Positions 40,145 to 51,227 of a DNA stretch of 64,000 nucleotides are shown piece by piece. The stretch's first letter is position 1. Each line of letters opens with the position of its first letter. The notes beneath the pieces were generated by a model. It saw nothing but the letters and a program-made list of their open reading frames with translations, was not told the origin of the DNA and did not search any database. Origin of the DNA: Alphaproteobacteria bacterium. GTDB taxonomy: Bacteria; Pseudomonadota; Alphaproteobacteria; Bin95. The DNA lies in contig CAXXWS020000002.1 of the NCBI GenBank assembly GCA_963665325.3, positions 64,001 to 128,000 of the forward strand, written 5' to 3'. The translations under genes were made by a program, and so were the position numbers.

Positions 40145-41388
40145 TAGAACCGGCCGATGCTGTAGGGGGCCATATCGATGGCCGGCGGGCGCCCGGCCAC
40201 GAGGTCGGCGATGTGCCGGCCGCTGATCGGCCCGGCCGTCAGCCCCAGATGCCCGTGGCCGAAGCCGTACCAGACATTGCCGTGCAGTACCGATGCGCCG
40301 AGCACCGGCAGCGAGTCCGGCGTGGCGGGCCGGTTGCCCATCCAGGGCGAGCCGTCTTCCGCGCGGATGTCGCGGAACGCCTTCCTGGCATGGGCGCGGA
40401 GCGGCTCGATGCGCTTCCAGTTGGGCGGCGCGTCGAGGCCGGCGAACTCGGCCGTACCGGCGAGCCGGAGGCCCATCTGCATGGGCGTCGCCATGAACTT
40501 GCGGTCGTAGAAGGAGATCGGGTGGCGTGTCTCCACGCCGGGGTCGGCGAGCGTGAGGTGGTAGCCGCGCTCGGATTCGAGCACGGCCTTCTCGCCCAGC
40601 ATTTCGGCAAGCCCGGCCGACCAGGCCCCTGCCGTGACGACGAAGCCGTCCGCCGCCAGACGGCCCTTCGAGGTGCGGACCGCCGCCGGTCGGTTGTCGG
40701 CAAAGTCGAAGCCGGTGACGTGCGCCGCCAATATGCGCCCGCCCCCGCGAGAGAAGGCTTCCGCGAGGCCGCCGGAGAGTGCGCCCGGGTCGATCGTATG
40801 GGCGCCCTTGGGGAAGAAGGTTGCATGCGGGAAGATCGGCGCCAGCCCCGGTTCGAGCTGGCGAAGCTCGTCGCCGGACAGCTCCTCGACCTCGAAGCCC
40901 CGCTGCCGCTGGCCCTCCCGGTCGCCTGCTGCCGCTCGGAAGGACCGCGCGCTCTCATAGACGGTGAGCGTCCCGTTCTGCCGGATGAGGCCGGTCGTGC
41001 CGGCCTCGGCGGCAAGGTCCTTGTGGGCGTCGAGGGCCAGGCGGTGGAGAGCGGCCATGGCATCCATCTGCCGGCGCACCGGCTCCGGCCGGCCCGCGCG
41101 CACGAAGCGGATAAGCCAGGGGAGGAACTCCGGCAGGTGGCGCCAGCGGATGAAGAGCGGCCCTCCCGGGTCCAGCAGCCAGCGGGGCGCCTTGAACATG
41201 AGGCCGGGGCCCGTCTGCGGCAGGCAGGAGTGGGAGCTGATCGCGCCGGCATTGCCGAAGGAGGTCATGGTGCCGGGCGGCTCGGGGTCGATCAGCGTGA
41301 CCTCATGCCTGTCCCGGCGCAGGTAGCAGGCCGTTGCGGCGCCGACGATTCCGGCCCCGATGACGACGATATGTTGCGCCTCGCTCAT
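40144..41388 (-). CDS. FAD-dependent D-amino acid dehydrogenase family protein
   Basis: VIGAGIVG, TSFGNAG, ERGYH, WMGNRPATPDSLP, GHGHLG. Confidence 0.9.
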   Translation of the reverse strand: MSEAQHIVVIGAGIVGAATACYLRRDRHEVTLIDPEPPGTMTSFGNAGAISSHSCLPQTGPGLMFKAPRWLLDPGGPLFIRWRHLPEFLPWLIRFVRAGRPEPVRRQMDAMAALHRLALDAHKDLAAEAGTTGLIRQNGTLTVYESARSFRAAAGDREGQRQRGFEVEELSGDELRQLEPGLAPIFPHATFFPKGAHTIDPGALSGGLAEAFSRGGGRILAAHVTGFDFADNRPAAVRTSKGRLAADGFVVTAGAWSAGLAEMLGEKAVLESERGYHLTLADPGVETRHPISFYDRKFMATPMQMGLRLAGTAEFAGLDAPPNWKRIEPLRAHARKAFRDIRAEDGSPWMGNRPATPDSLPVLGASVLHGNVWYGFGHGHLGLTAGPISGRHIADLVAGRPPAIDMAPYSIGRF

Positions 41389-41487
41389 GGCCCGGCATAT
41401 AGCACGGAGCCAGCCGGGGCGGCAGGCGGTTTGGCTTGACCGGGAAACGCATTAGTGTCTGCGCCGGATTTGGGGAGGCGGAGAGTC

Positions 41488-42720
41488 ATGAGCGGGCCGT
41501 TGTCGGGATTTCGGGTCGTCGATCTCACCAATGTGATCTCGGGGCCGATGGCGACGCAGATACTCGGCGACCAGGGCGCCGATGTCATCAAGGTGGAGGC
41601 ACGGGGCGGCGACCTCACGCGCGGCGGCGGCAACCGGCAGGGCGGCCTGTCGGCGGCGTTCCTCAACAACAACCGCAACAAGCGCTCCGTCGTGCTCGAC
41701 CTCAAGACGGCCGAAGGCGTGGCCCTGCTGAAGCGGCTTGCGGCGACGGCGGACGTGTTCATCCAGAACTTCAGGCCCGGCGTGGTGGAGCGGCTAGGCG
41801 TCGGCGAGGCGGACATCCGCGCCGTCAAGCCGGACATCGTCTATGTCTCGATCAGCGGCTTCGGCGAGATGGGTCCCTTCGCCTCCAAGCCCACCTACGA
41901 CCCCATCGTGCAGGCGATTTCGGGCCTCACCACCGTGCAGGCAGGCTCCGACGAGGAGCGGCCCAGGCTCGTGCGCACCATCCTGCCGGACAAGGTGACG
42001 GCGCTTACGGCAGCCCAGGCGGTGACGGCCGCGCTGCTGCACCGGGCGGCGACCGGCGAGGGACAGCATGTCCGCGTCTCCATGCTCGATTCCGTCGTCG
42101 GCTTCCTGTGGAACTCCGACATGGGCTCGCAGACATTCGTGGACGCGCCGACCTCGATCCAGCGGGCGGCGAGCTTCATCGACCTTATCTACGAGACCGC
42201 CGACGGCTTCATGAGCGTCTCGCTGATGACCGACCGGCAGTGGCTGGGCTTCTGCGAGGTCTCCGGGCGCGAGGACCTGGCGAACGACCCGCGCTTCGCC
42301 ACCGGGGCGCTGCGCGACGAGAATATCGACGCACGCCTGGAGCAGGTGCAGGCGGAGCTGCGCAAGCGCACCACGGCGGAATGGACGGCCGCGTTCGACG
42401 CCGCAAGCGTGCCCTCCGCGCCCGTGCTGACGCGGAGCGAGATGGTCCGGCACCCGCAGGTCGCGGCCAACGGCACGCTGGTGGAATACGACCACCCGCT
42501 CGCCGGGCGGCTCCGGCAGGCGCGGCCCGCCATCCGTTTCGAGGGCTCGCCCTCGAGCATCAGGCGCGGCGGGTCTCCGCTCGGCGCGGACACACGCGAG
42601 GTGCTGGCTGAAATCGGCCTTGGCGAGGAAGAGATCGAAGCGACGCTGGCCAGCGGCTCGGCGGTCGCGGAAGAGCCTGTCCGGGCCGGGCCGCCCGCCG
42701 ACTCGAAGGCGGCGGAATGA
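41488..42720 (+). CDS. Family III CoA-transferase (CaiB/BaiF)
   Basis: PLSGFRVVDL, GADVIKVE, NRNKRS, QNFRPG, SISGFG. Confidence 0.93.
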   Translation: MSGPLSGFRVVDLTNVISGPMATQILGDQGADVIKVEARGGDLTRGGGNRQGGLSAAFLNNNRNKRSVVLDLKTAEGVALLKRLAATADVFIQNFRPGVVERLGVGEADIRAVKPDIVYVSISGFGEMGPFASKPTYDPIVQAISGLTTVQAGSDEERPRLVRTILPDKVTALTAAQAVTAALLHRAATGEGQHVRVSMLDSVVGFLWNSDMGSQTFVDAPTSIQRAASFIDLIYETADGFMSVSLMTDRQWLGFCEVSGREDLANDPRFATGALRDENIDARLEQVQAELRKRTTAEWTAAFDAASVPSAPVLTRSEMVRHPQVAANGTLVEYDHPLAGRLRQARPAIRFEGSPSSIRRGGSPLGADTREVLAEIGLGEEEIEATLASGSAVAEEPVRAGPPADSKAAE

Positions 42721-42727
42721 GGCTGGG

Positions 42728-42933
42728 CTAGAGCGGAATCCAAGCGAATTGAACCGCAACTGGAACCGAACCCAAAACTGTCACCCCGGCCTCCGAGCCG
42801 GGGTCCAGAACCGCCCTCGAAACCTGGTGAAGCTCCGGTAGTCTGGACCCCGGATCTCCGCTCCGCTCCGTCCGGGGTGACAATTGAGGCTGCGCGTTCG
42901 ACTTCGTTTCAACTCGACCGGGCCGTGCTCTAG
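42728..42933. repeat. MITE-like element with CTAGAGC/GCTCTAG termini and a nested REP doublet
   Basis: Terminal inverted 7-mers; internal TGTCACCCCGG..CCGGGGTCCAG / CTGGACCCCGG..CCGGGGTGACA (42779-42882); between convergent genes. Confidence 0.8.
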
Positions 42934-43316
42934 CCGTCGACCACGGCCGTGGCTGCGATCTCGACCAGGAACTCCGGCTTGACCAGGCCCGCCTGAATGC
43001 ACGCCCGCGCCGGCGGGTCGTTCGGGAAATAGGTCGCGTAAACCTCGTTCATGGCCCCGTAGTCGGCGAGGTCCTTCAGGAAGATCATGTTGTACACGAT
43101 GTCCTCCAGCGAGCCTCCGGCCTCCTCGAGAATCTCCCTGATGTTCTCCATGACTTGCCGGGTCTGCGCGCCGGCGTTTCCCTCGCCAACTAGGTTCCCG
43201 GACGCATCCAGTGCCAGCATGCCGGCGGTGCAGACGAACCCGCCGGACTTGTATCCGGGCGAGTAGGGCGCCAGCGGGGGCGGCGAGCCCTTGGGCAATA
43301 CAGGTTGACCGGCCAT
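42930..43316 (-). CDS. RidA/Rid family imine deaminase, RutC-like
   Basis: [49 protein letters not shown]; GGAGG RBS. Confidence 0.9.
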   Translation of the reverse strand: MAGQPVLPKGSPPPLAPYSPGYKSGGFVCTAGMLALDASGNLVGEGNAGAQTRQVMENIREILEEAGGSLEDIVYNMIFLKDLADYGAMNEVYATYFPNDPPARACIQAGLVKPEFLVEIAATAVVDG

Positions 43317-43535
43317 CTTGAGGTACCTCCCCTCGGTTACGAATCCCGTTCGGTTCGGTGCCGGCGGGCACCGAACCCGGGGCCAGAGTATCATGCGGCC
43401 CGGAACCAGCGCGCAAGGAAGCATCGGCTCAACCGTAAAACCGGACCGCCTTGCAGCGGCGGTTAGGGTGGACATGCCTCGGGATCGGGCATAGCTATCG
43501 CCAGCTGCATCGGGTCCCGTCGAAAGGCGCTGTGA

Positions 43536-44522
43536 ATGTCCGTTCCGGTGATCGATATCGGCCCGTTCCTGCTGGGCGGGGACAAGGACAAGCGCAGGAT
43601 TGCCCGTGAAATCGCCGCTGCCTGCGAGGAGTCCGGCTTCTTCTGCATCACCGGCCACGGGATATCCGCCGACCTCATCGCCCGCACCCGGCAGGCGGCG
43701 GCTGATTTCTTCGCCCGGCCGGTCGAGGAGAAGCGCCTCATCCTGCGTCCGCAGAACCGGGTCGGGCGCGGCTACTACCCGTTCGCGGACCGCTCGCTTG
43801 CTTACACACTGGGCGAGGAGACGCCGCCCGACCTGCAGGAAGCCTTTGCGATGGGCCCGCCCGATGTCCCCGACGAGGACTATTACCGGGGCGAAGTGGC
43901 GGAGTATTTCTTCGCGGACAACCGATACCCCGCCAGGCCCGAAGAGTTCCGCGAGATCGTGGACGGATATTTCCATGCCCTGCTCGGACTCTGCGACCGG
44001 CTGATGGGCGCAATGGCGATGGCGCTCGGACTCGAAGAGGATTTTTTCGCCGACAAGATCGACCGGCCGGCCTGCGGGTTGCGGCTCATCCGCTACCCCG
44101 CGCAAACCGGCACTCCGGCGAAACGGCAGCTGCGCGCCGGCGCCCATACCGACTACGGCACGCTCACCGTCCTTCGCGGCGATGACGTGCCGGGGACCCT
44201 GCAGGTCAGGCTTCCGCGCGGCGGCTGGACCGATCTGCGCCCGCCCGCCGACGCCTTCGTCTGCAATCTAGGGGACGCGATGGCGCGCTGGACCGGCGGG
44301 CGCTGGGCCTCGACCCTGCACCGGGTCGCCAACCCGCCCGAAGGCGCAGAGCAGCGCGACCGCATCTCGCTGGTCTTCTTCCACCAGCCCAACTACGACG
44401 CCCTGCTCAACGGGATCTTCGAAGACGCCGGAGACGCCGTAACGCTGGCCGAGCACTATATCGAGAAGATCCACCTGGCGGCCGGGGCCGGACCGGCACC
44501 GTCTTCCGCAGCGGACGAATAA
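43536..44522 (+). CDS. 2-oxoglutarate/Fe(II) dioxygenase (IPNS-like family)
   Basis: [20 protein letters not shown]...H, RISLVFF. Confidence 0.92.
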   Translation: MSVPVIDIGPFLLGGDKDKRRIAREIAAACEESGFFCITGHGISADLIARTRQAAADFFARPVEEKRLILRPQNRVGRGYYPFADRSLAYTLGEETPPDLQEAFAMGPPDVPDEDYYRGEVAEYFFADNRYPARPEEFREIVDGYFHALLGLCDRLMGAMAMALGLEEDFFADKIDRPACGLRLIRYPAQTGTPAKRQLRAGAHTDYGTLTVLRGDDVPGTLQVRLPRGGWTDLRPPADAFVCNLGDAMARWTGGRWASTLHRVANPPEGAEQRDRISLVFFHQPNYDALLNGIFEDAGDAVTLAEHYIEKIHLAAGAGPAPSSAADE

Positions 44523-44538
44523 CACTCCCGCAGAAGGC

Positions 44539-45168
44539 TCACTTGTTGCCGTAAAGCCTGTCGCCGGCGTCTCCGAGCCCCGGAACGATGTATCCGTGGT
44601 CGTCGAGGCGCTCATCGATGGCCGCAGTGACGATCGCCACTTCCGGGTGGACAGCGTGGAAGGCTTCGATTCCCTCCGGAGCCGCAAGCAGGCACAGCAT
44701 CTTGATATCGCGCGCGTGCGCCTCCTTGAGTCTGGCGACCGCCGCGACGGCGGAGTTTCCCGTCGCCAGCATGGGGTCCAGAACGATCACCGGGCGGTCG
44801 CCGAGATCCGCCGGCACCTTGAAGTAGTATTCCATCGCCACCAGCGTCTCGGGGTCGCGATAGAGCCCGACATGCCCGACGCGGGCCGAGGGGATGAGGT
44901 CGAGCATTCCCTCCAGCAGACCGTTCCCCGCCCGCAGGATCGAGATGAGGACGAGCTTCTTGCCCGTCAGGAACGGCGCGCGCGTCTCCGCGAGCGGCGT
45001 CTCGATGCTGCGGATTTCGGTTGCAAGGTCGCGGGTGACTTCGTAACCCAGCAACAGGGAAGTCTCGCGAAGGAGCAGCCGGAACCGGGCGGTGTCGGTT
45101 TCCTTTCGGCGCATGAGGGACAGCTTGTGCTGGACGAGCGGATGATCGACGACCGTAACATTGTCCAT
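44539..45168 (-). CDS. upp: Uracil phosphoribosyltransferase
   Basis: [38 protein letters not shown]. Confidence 0.97.
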   Translation of the reverse strand: MDNVTVVDHPLVQHKLSLMRRKETDTARFRLLLRETSLLLGYEVTRDLATEIRSIETPLAETRAPFLTGKKLVLISILRAGNGLLEGMLDLIPSARVGHVGLYRDPETLVAMEYYFKVPADLGDRPVIVLDPMLATGNSAVAAVARLKEAHARDIKMLCLLAAPEGIEAFHAVHPEVAIVTAAIDERLDDHGYIVPGLGDAGDRLYGNK

Positions 45169-45196
45169 CGCAGAAATTCCCGTTTCGATTCCGAAG

Positions 45197-46429
45197 TCAG
45201 AATACCGTGCCGTCCGACGCCAGGCGGATCGGCGGCTCGCCGCCTTCACGCGCCCGACGTGCCAGCATACGCCCTGCCGCCCATGTTCCGCCTTCCAGAA
45301 TTCCCGCGAGCGGCAATTGCACCTCGTCCAGCTCGAGTCGGTCCCGGACGAGCGGCGCCAGCCTGTCCAAGAGCGCGAGCGTAAGCGCCCGCCATTCCAC
45401 GACAAGTTCGGCGCCTGGAGAATGCTCGACGGTGAAAACCCCCTTGTCCCGCGGCTCCAGCACGCCTGCGTCGATGAACAGGCCGCCATTGCGGTATTCC
45501 GCGAGCCCCGTCAGGCCGTCGGGGTCGCGCACGCGGATGCCCGCTTCGGCCAGGGGCTCCATCAGCGAATATGCCAGCCATTGCGTGAGCTTGTGGAAGG
45601 GAACGAGCCTGTCCGTCTCATCGCCGCGCCGGAGGCTCGGGTGGCGCCATACATCGCCCAGGTTGGCGCCGTCCACGACAATGCGCTCCGGCCAGATCGG
45701 ATGGAGCGCATCGAGCAGCGTTTCCAGGATTTCCGCCGCGCTCGGAGGCGCCAACAGCGCGCGAAACCGGTCGTAAAGGCCGCCGACCCTGGGCGGAGAG
45801 CCGAAGAGGTCGGGCCGCTTCTCAAGCGCTTCGCCGAGCGTCCGCAACAGGCCGGCGCGGCCTTCCATTCCCTCCAGCCGGTTGCCGGGCCCCGCCTGGA
45901 ACGCCTCCGCCAGCCGCTGCGGACAGCAGTCCCGCAGGGCGTTCGCGTCCGTGCGCAAGGGACGGCCGGCATCCGACGAGAACACGCCCGCCGAGAACAT
46001 GGCGAAGCTCGCCACCGCAAGGCCTTCCGATCTTGCGAACTCCTGCCCGGTTCCCGCCTCGCGATAGCGCCAGCCGGCGCCTGCCCCGGCGTCGAGGAGC
46101 ACGCTCGGGACCACGAGGTCGAATGCGGCCCGCGCCCGCTCGTCGGGGTCGAGACCGCGGGCCAGCATGTTCCAGCGGTCCATGCCGCCGACCTCGAAAT
46201 GCCGCCAGCGGCTATGGGGCGGAACGGCGAGGTCCGGATACCGTTCCCTCGTCACGTCGGCGACAATCCCGGCGGCGGCTGCAAGCCGGTCGGTGCGGAC
46301 ATCGAAATGCGGAAGATCCCCGCGCTCGCCGATAGCGAGGATCTCGTGGCAGCGCCGCCTGATCTCTGCGGGTCGGCCGAGGCGGACTGCGACCGGGCTG
46401 CGCGCCGGTGTGCCGGGCCGTGCGTTCAA
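45197..46429 (-). CDS. URC4/Urg3 family protein (DUF1688)
   Basis: [58 protein letters not shown]; start uncertain (TTG). Confidence 0.88.
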   Translation of the reverse strand: MNARPGTPARSPVAVRLGRPAEIRRRCHEILAIGERGDLPHFDVRTDRLAAAAGIVADVTRERYPDLAVPPHSRWRHFEVGGMDRWNMLARGLDPDERARAAFDLVVPSVLLDAGAGAGWRYREAGTGQEFARSEGLAVASFAMFSAGVFSSDAGRPLRTDANALRDCCPQRLAEAFQAGPGNRLEGMEGRAGLLRTLGEALEKRPDLFGSPPRVGGLYDRFRALLAPPSAAEILETLLDALHPIWPERIVVDGANLGDVWRHPSLRRGDETDRLVPFHKLTQWLAYSLMEPLAEAGIRVRDPDGLTGLAEYRNGGLFIDAGVLEPRDKGVFTVEHSPGAELVVEWRALTLALLDRLAPLVRDRLELDEVQLPLAGILEGGTWAAGRMLARRAREGGEPPIRLASDGTVF

Positions 46430-46467
46430 GGGGGGTGTTTCCCTGGAGAACAGAGTTCTGCTTCCAG

Positions 46468-47700
46468 CTACTCGTGCAGCCCCCGGCCCTTGGCCGCAGT
46501 CAGGTCCTCCTCCGTCGCTGGCGTCGGGCTGAAATACCCGGCGGCCTTCTTCGCATGGATCTCCACGCTCGCATCGTCGGGGACGAGCCCTGCCGGAATC
46601 GGGACGCGCTCGACAATGTCGATCCCCTGACGCGCCAGGGCGTCGAACTTCATGTTGCTCATCGAGACGAAGCGGTCGATGCGCTCGATGCCGAGCCAGT
46701 GCAGGACGTCGGGCATGAGCTCCTGAAAACGCATGTCCTGCACCCCTGCAACGCATTCGGTCCGCTCGAAATAGGTTTCTGCGCGGTCGCCTCCGGGCTG
46801 CCGTTTCCGGGCGTTGTAAACCAGGAACTTCGTGACCTCGCCGAGAGCGCGCCCCTCCTTCCGGTTGTAAACGACCACACCGCAGCCGCCCTTCTGCGCG
46901 GTCTCCACGCAAACCTCGATGCCGTGCACCAGATACGGCCGGCAGGTGCAGATGTCGGAGCCGAACACGTCGGAGCCGTTGCACTCGTCATGCACGCGAC
47001 AGGCGACCTTGCGGCCGGGATCGGCAATTGCGTCGAGGTCGCCGAACAGATAGGCGGTTATGCCGCCGATAGGCGGAAGGAACACCTTGAGGTCGTTGCG
47101 GGTGACAAGCTCCGCGAACATCCCGCCGGAATGCTCGTAGAGGCTTCGTCTCAGCTCGCTCTCGCTCACGCCGAACCGTTCGGCGATGCCCGGAAGATAC
47201 CAGACCGGCTCGACCGCCACCTTGGTGACGCGCACATCGCCGCTCTCGGTTACGATCCGGCCATCGACCTTTACCCGGCCCTCCGCGATGGCGCTGTCGA
47301 ATTCCGGCAGTTCCAGCCGCGCCTTGGTGACGGCGATCGTCGGGCGGATATCCCAGCCCTGCCGCAGCCTGTCCCCCCAGGCCTCGTTCACCAGATGCCC
47401 GTAGGGGTCCATGGAGACGATGCGCTCCGGCGAGGCCCATTGCAGGTGCGGCCCGATCCGTTCCGCCGGAGAGGTGTCGGTCAGGTCGGGCACATGCACG
47501 GGATCGAGCGTGCCCGCGGCAATCGCAAGTGCGCGATAGAGGGAATAGGAGCCGGAATGCGCGCCGATCGCGTTGCGCTGCGGCGTCTGTGTCCCCACGA
47601 CCGGGCCGCGCTCCTCGCATGTTGCCGCGCCCCATCGGAGCGTTGCAGCCCGCTTCCGGTCTTCGGGATGCGATGTCAGCTTGATGTGCCGGGTTTTCAT
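46468..47700 (-). CDS. URC1-type GTP cyclohydrolase II family protein
   Basis: RNAIGAHSGSYS N-terminal extension, RVHDECNGSDVFGSDICTCRPY, RKEGRALGEV, AKKAAGYF. Confidence 0.9.
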   Translation of the reverse strand: MKTRHIKLTSHPEDRKRAATLRWGAATCEERGPVVGTQTPQRNAIGAHSGSYSLYRALAIAAGTLDPVHVPDLTDTSPAERIGPHLQWASPERIVSMDPYGHLVNEAWGDRLRQGWDIRPTIAVTKARLELPEFDSAIAEGRVKVDGRIVTESGDVRVTKVAVEPVWYLPGIAERFGVSESELRRSLYEHSGGMFAELVTRNDLKVFLPPIGGITAYLFGDLDAIADPGRKVACRVHDECNGSDVFGSDICTCRPYLVHGIEVCVETAQKGGCGVVVYNRKEGRALGEVTKFLVYNARKRQPGGDRAETYFERTECVAGVQDMRFQELMPDVLHWLGIERIDRFVSMSNMKFDALARQGIDIVERVPIPAGLVPDDASVEIHAKKAAGYFSPTPATEEDLTAAKGRGLHE

Positions 47701-47786
47701 GACTGGGAGCTTTGCTTTGCTGTTGCCGGACCGAGGCAGCTTCCGAGTTTGCGGCAGCGAGCCTGACACAAGCGAGCCCCGCCAGT

Positions 47787-49313
47787 CTATCGACCACGCA
47801 GGACAGGGCCGGCCGATCCGGACCCGGGACCGTCCAGCCAGTTCCGGGCGGGCCCCGGTGGAACCCGCGCCCTTGCCGCCTGCTCGAAGGCGTAGGCATA
47901 GCCGATCAGCGGCCCGTCCCGCCAGGCGCCGGCGATGAAGGACAGGCCCACCGGCAGGCCGGCGACATAGCCGGCGGGCACGGTGACGCTCGGATAGCCG
48001 GAGACGGCGGCGAGGCCCGAACTGCCGCCGAGACGGTTGTCGCCGTTCACGAGGTCGATGGCCCAGGGCACAGGCGAAGTCGGCGCGACCAAGGCGTCGA
48101 GCCGGAACTCGCCGATGGCCCGGTCGATGCCGTTCTCCCGCGTGAGGCGGCGGCATTCGGCGAGCGCCTTCAGATAGGCGGGATCGTCCGCTCCGCCTGT
48201 TTCCTCGGCAGCGATCAGCTGTTCCTGCCCGAACCAGGGCATGACCCGGTCGGCATTGTCGAGATTGAACCGGATCAGACCGGCGAGGGAGTGGACCGGA
48301 CATTCGGGCCCGAGTGTCGAAAGCCAGGCGTTCAACCCGACCTTGAACTCGGTTCGCATCACCAGGATTTCGTGGGACCGGATGGCCTCGCGCGAGGGCA
48401 TCGCAACCTCATCGACGATGACCGCCCCGGCGTCCGACAGCACTTGGAGCGCGCCTTCGAATACCCGGTCCACGGCTTCGTGAAAGCCGCAATAATTGCG
48501 GACGACGCCGATCCTCGTCCCCTGCAGCGAGCCGGAATCGAGGAACCGGGTGAAGTTCTCGTCCGGCAGCGGACGGGTGGCTGGGTCCTCCGGGTCGGGG
48601 CCGGCCAACGCTCCGAGCAGGACCGCTGCGTCGGCCACCGTGCGCGCCATCGGGCCCGCCGTGTCCTGGCTTGCGGCTATGGGGACGATTCCAGTGCGGG
48701 AGACCAGGCCGAGGGTCGGCTTGATGCCGGTGATGGAGTTCATCGCGGACGGACCGACGATCGAGCCGTCTGTCTCCGTACCAATGGCGACCGGCGCGAA
48801 ATCGCGTGCGACCGCAACGCCGGAGCCGGAACTGGAGCCGCCGGGCGTGCGGTCCGTCGCGTAGGCATTGCGAACCTGGCCGCCGCGGCTCGACCAGCCG
48901 CTCGACGACCGCGTGGAGCGGAAATTTGCCCATTCGCTGAGATTGGTCTTGCCGAGGAGCACCGCACCGGACTCGCGCAGGCGCCGGGCGACATGGCTGT
49001 CCGTCTTCGCCCGGACGCCGTCAAGGGCGAGCGAGCCGGCCGAGGTCATCATGGCGTCGCCGGTCGCGATATTATCCTTCAACAGCACCGGTACGCCGTG
49101 CATGGGGCCGCGGACATGGCCGGCAGCGCGTTCGCGGTCGCGCTCCTCTGCGATTTCAAGGGCGTCGGGATTGAGGAAGGCGATGGACCGGAAGGGCCCG
49201 TCCCCGGCTGCGATCCGCTCCCGGAAGGTCTCGACGAGATCGGCCGAGCTCAACGCCCCGTCAGCCATCAGGCGGGCGAGATCGGCGATGGAGACTTCTT
49301 TCGGTATGTCCAT
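47787..49313 (-). CDS. Amidase signature family protein
   Basis: LLKDNI, GKTNLSEW, PGGSSSGS, GTETDGSI. Confidence 0.93.
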   Translation of the reverse strand: MDIPKEVSIADLARLMADGALSSADLVETFRERIAAGDGPFRSIAFLNPDALEIAEERDRERAAGHVRGPMHGVPVLLKDNIATGDAMMTSAGSLALDGVRAKTDSHVARRLRESGAVLLGKTNLSEWANFRSTRSSSGWSSRGGQVRNAYATDRTPGGSSSGSGVAVARDFAPVAIGTETDGSIVGPSAMNSITGIKPTLGLVSRTGIVPIAASQDTAGPMARTVADAAVLLGALAGPDPEDPATRPLPDENFTRFLDSGSLQGTRIGVVRNYCGFHEAVDRVFEGALQVLSDAGAVIVDEVAMPSREAIRSHEILVMRTEFKVGLNAWLSTLGPECPVHSLAGLIRFNLDNADRVMPWFGQEQLIAAEETGGADDPAYLKALAECRRLTRENGIDRAIGEFRLDALVAPTSPVPWAIDLVNGDNRLGGSSGLAAVSGYPSVTVPAGYVAGLPVGLSFIAGAWRDGPLIGYAYAFEQAARARVPPGPARNWLDGPGSGSAGPVLRGR

Positions 49314-49380
49314 GGGAAAGGGACTATCGGGCGGTTGCTGTCCCGGCGCAAACTGCTAAGGGATCGCGACGGAGGCCGGA

Positions 49381-50400
49381 ATGGACGTGAGGTCGTTTGT
49401 CCGGGCGCTGCCCAAGGCCGAGCTGCACCTGCATCTGGAGGGTGCGCTCGAACCGGAACTGATGCTGCGGCTGGCCGCGAGGAACAGGGTGGCGATCCCG
49501 TTCCGCTCGGTCGAGGAGGTTCGGGCCGCCTACCGCTTCACCCGGCTGCAGGACTTCCTGGACATCTACTACCGGGGCATGGACGTGTTGCGCGCCGAGG
49601 AAGACTTCCACGAGCTTACCCGGGCCTATCTGGAGCGTGCTGCGGCCGACGGGGCGGTGCATGTCGAGGTGTTCTTCGATCCCCAGGGCCACACCGCGCG
49701 CGGCATTCCCTTCGCGGTCGCGGCAGACGGCATCCTGGCCGCGCTTTCCGAGGGGCGCGAGCGGCTCGGCATCACCTCGCTGCTCATCATGTGCGTCCTC
49801 AGGCATCTGGACGAAGAGGACGGATTCGCCGCCCTACGCGAGGCCGGCCCCTATATCGCCGACGGGCGGATCGCCGGACTCGGCCTCGACTCCACGGAGA
49901 GGGACAACCCGCCCGTAAAATTCGAACGCCTCTTCGCCGCGGCGCGGGAAGCCGGCCTCAGGCTCGTTGCCCATGCCGGCGAGGAGGGTCCGGCCTCCTA
50001 TGTCGCGGAGGCGGTTGACCGGCTGGGGGTGGAGCGGGTCGACCACGGCAACCGTGCGCTGGAGGACCCGGCGCTGGTCCGCCGCTTGGCGGGGCGCGGC
50101 ACGACACTCACCGTATGCCCGCTTTCCAACCTCCGGCTGGGCGGCGTCGCTGATTTGAAACAACACCCGCTGAAGCGCATGCTCGACGCGGGTCTCAAGG
50201 CCACCGTCAACTCCGACGACCCCGCCTATTTCGGCGGCTATCTGCTGGCCAATTTCGTAGCCGTGGCCGATGCGCTCGGACTGGAGGCAGCGAACCTCGT
50301 CACGCTCGCCCGCAATTCCATCGAGGGCTCATTCCTCGACGAGCCGGCCAGGAAGACGCATCTGGACAGGATCGACCGGATTGCCGCGATGGAAGGGTAA
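49381..50400 (+). CDS. Adenine/adenosine deaminase
   Basis: PKAELHLHLEG, HAGEE, DHG, VCPLSN, NSDDPAYFG. Confidence 0.93.
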   Translation: MDVRSFVRALPKAELHLHLEGALEPELMLRLAARNRVAIPFRSVEEVRAAYRFTRLQDFLDIYYRGMDVLRAEEDFHELTRAYLERAAADGAVHVEVFFDPQGHTARGIPFAVAADGILAALSEGRERLGITSLLIMCVLRHLDEEDGFAALREAGPYIADGRIAGLGLDSTERDNPPVKFERLFAAAREAGLRLVAHAGEEGPASYVAEAVDRLGVERVDHGNRALEDPALVRRLAGRGTTLTVCPLSNLRLGGVADLKQHPLKRMLDAGLKATVNSDDPAYFGGYLLANFVAVADALGLEAANLVTLARNSIEGSFLDEPARKTHLDRIDRIAAMEG

Positions 50401-50406
50401 TCCGGG

Positions 50407-51171
50407 CTAGCTGTTCCACCAGGGCATGTCGCTGAACGAGCGCAGGTCGATTTCGTTCGTCCAGGTGGAGCGGTGCTGGCGCGCGAGATGCAGATAGGTG
50501 TCGGCGATCTTCTCCGGCAGCATGAGGCCGTCATGCTCCATGCCGCGGTTCTCCCGCAGCGCCCGGTATTTTTCCGGCCCGAGCATCTTGCCGAGCGTGT
50601 CCGGAGCATCCACCGCGCCGTCGATGAGGATATGGACGATGTGGACGCCGTTCGGGCCGAACTCGGCGTTCAGCGTCTGGCACAGCATCCGCCGTCCGGC
50701 CATGGAGGCGGCATGAGAGTGCTGGCCCTTGTTGCCGCGCACCGCCGCCGTCGAGGACGTGACCAGAATCGTGCCGCCGCCGCGTTCCACCATCCGGGGG
50801 CAGACGGCGGACGCCGTGCGGAACAGGCCGAAGGTCGCCATGCGCCAGCCCAGCTCGAAGACCTTGTAGCCGGTCGCCTCCAGGCTCCGGTTGCCCACTT
50901 GCGAGCCGAGATTGTAGAGCACCACCTCGATGGGCCCGATATCCGCCTCGACGGCGGCGATGCGCTCTTCGATGCTGTCCGGCTCGACGGCATTGAGCAG
51001 GTAGCCCGTAGCGTCGCCGCCTTCGCTGCGGATGCCCTCGACCAGCCGGTTCAGGCCCTCCTCATCGCTGCGGCGGCAAAGAACGGCATGATAGCCCTCC
51101 CTCGCGAAGCGTGTTGCGACGGTGCCGCCAATTCCGGCGCCGGCACCGATGACGAGGCAAACGGGTTTCAT
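50407..51171 (-). CDS. Atypical short-chain dehydrogenase/reductase
   Basis: GAGAGIG Rossmann motif, HILIDG; the YxxxK position reads HAASM. Confidence 0.85.
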   Translation of the reverse strand: MKPVCLVIGAGAGIGGTVATRFAREGYHAVLCRRSDEEGLNRLVEGIRSEGGDATGYLLNAVEPDSIEERIAAVEADIGPIEVVLYNLGSQVGNRSLEATGYKVFELGWRMATFGLFRTASAVCPRMVERGGGTILVTSSTAAVRGNKGQHSHAASMAGRRMLCQTLNAEFGPNGVHIVHILIDGAVDAPDTLGKMLGPEKYRALRENRGMEHDGLMLPEKIADTYLHLARQHRSTWTNEIDLRSFSDMPWWNS

Positions 51172-51227
51172 CCAAGGTCACTCCAAGCGGCAACGGTCGA
51201 GACCCGGACCGGCCGATACGGAAAAGC

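Noticed and set aside
46468-47700. ribA (riboflavin GTP cyclohydrolase II)
   Set aside because: The N-terminal extension and linkage to URC4 and upp indicate the URC1 subfamily.
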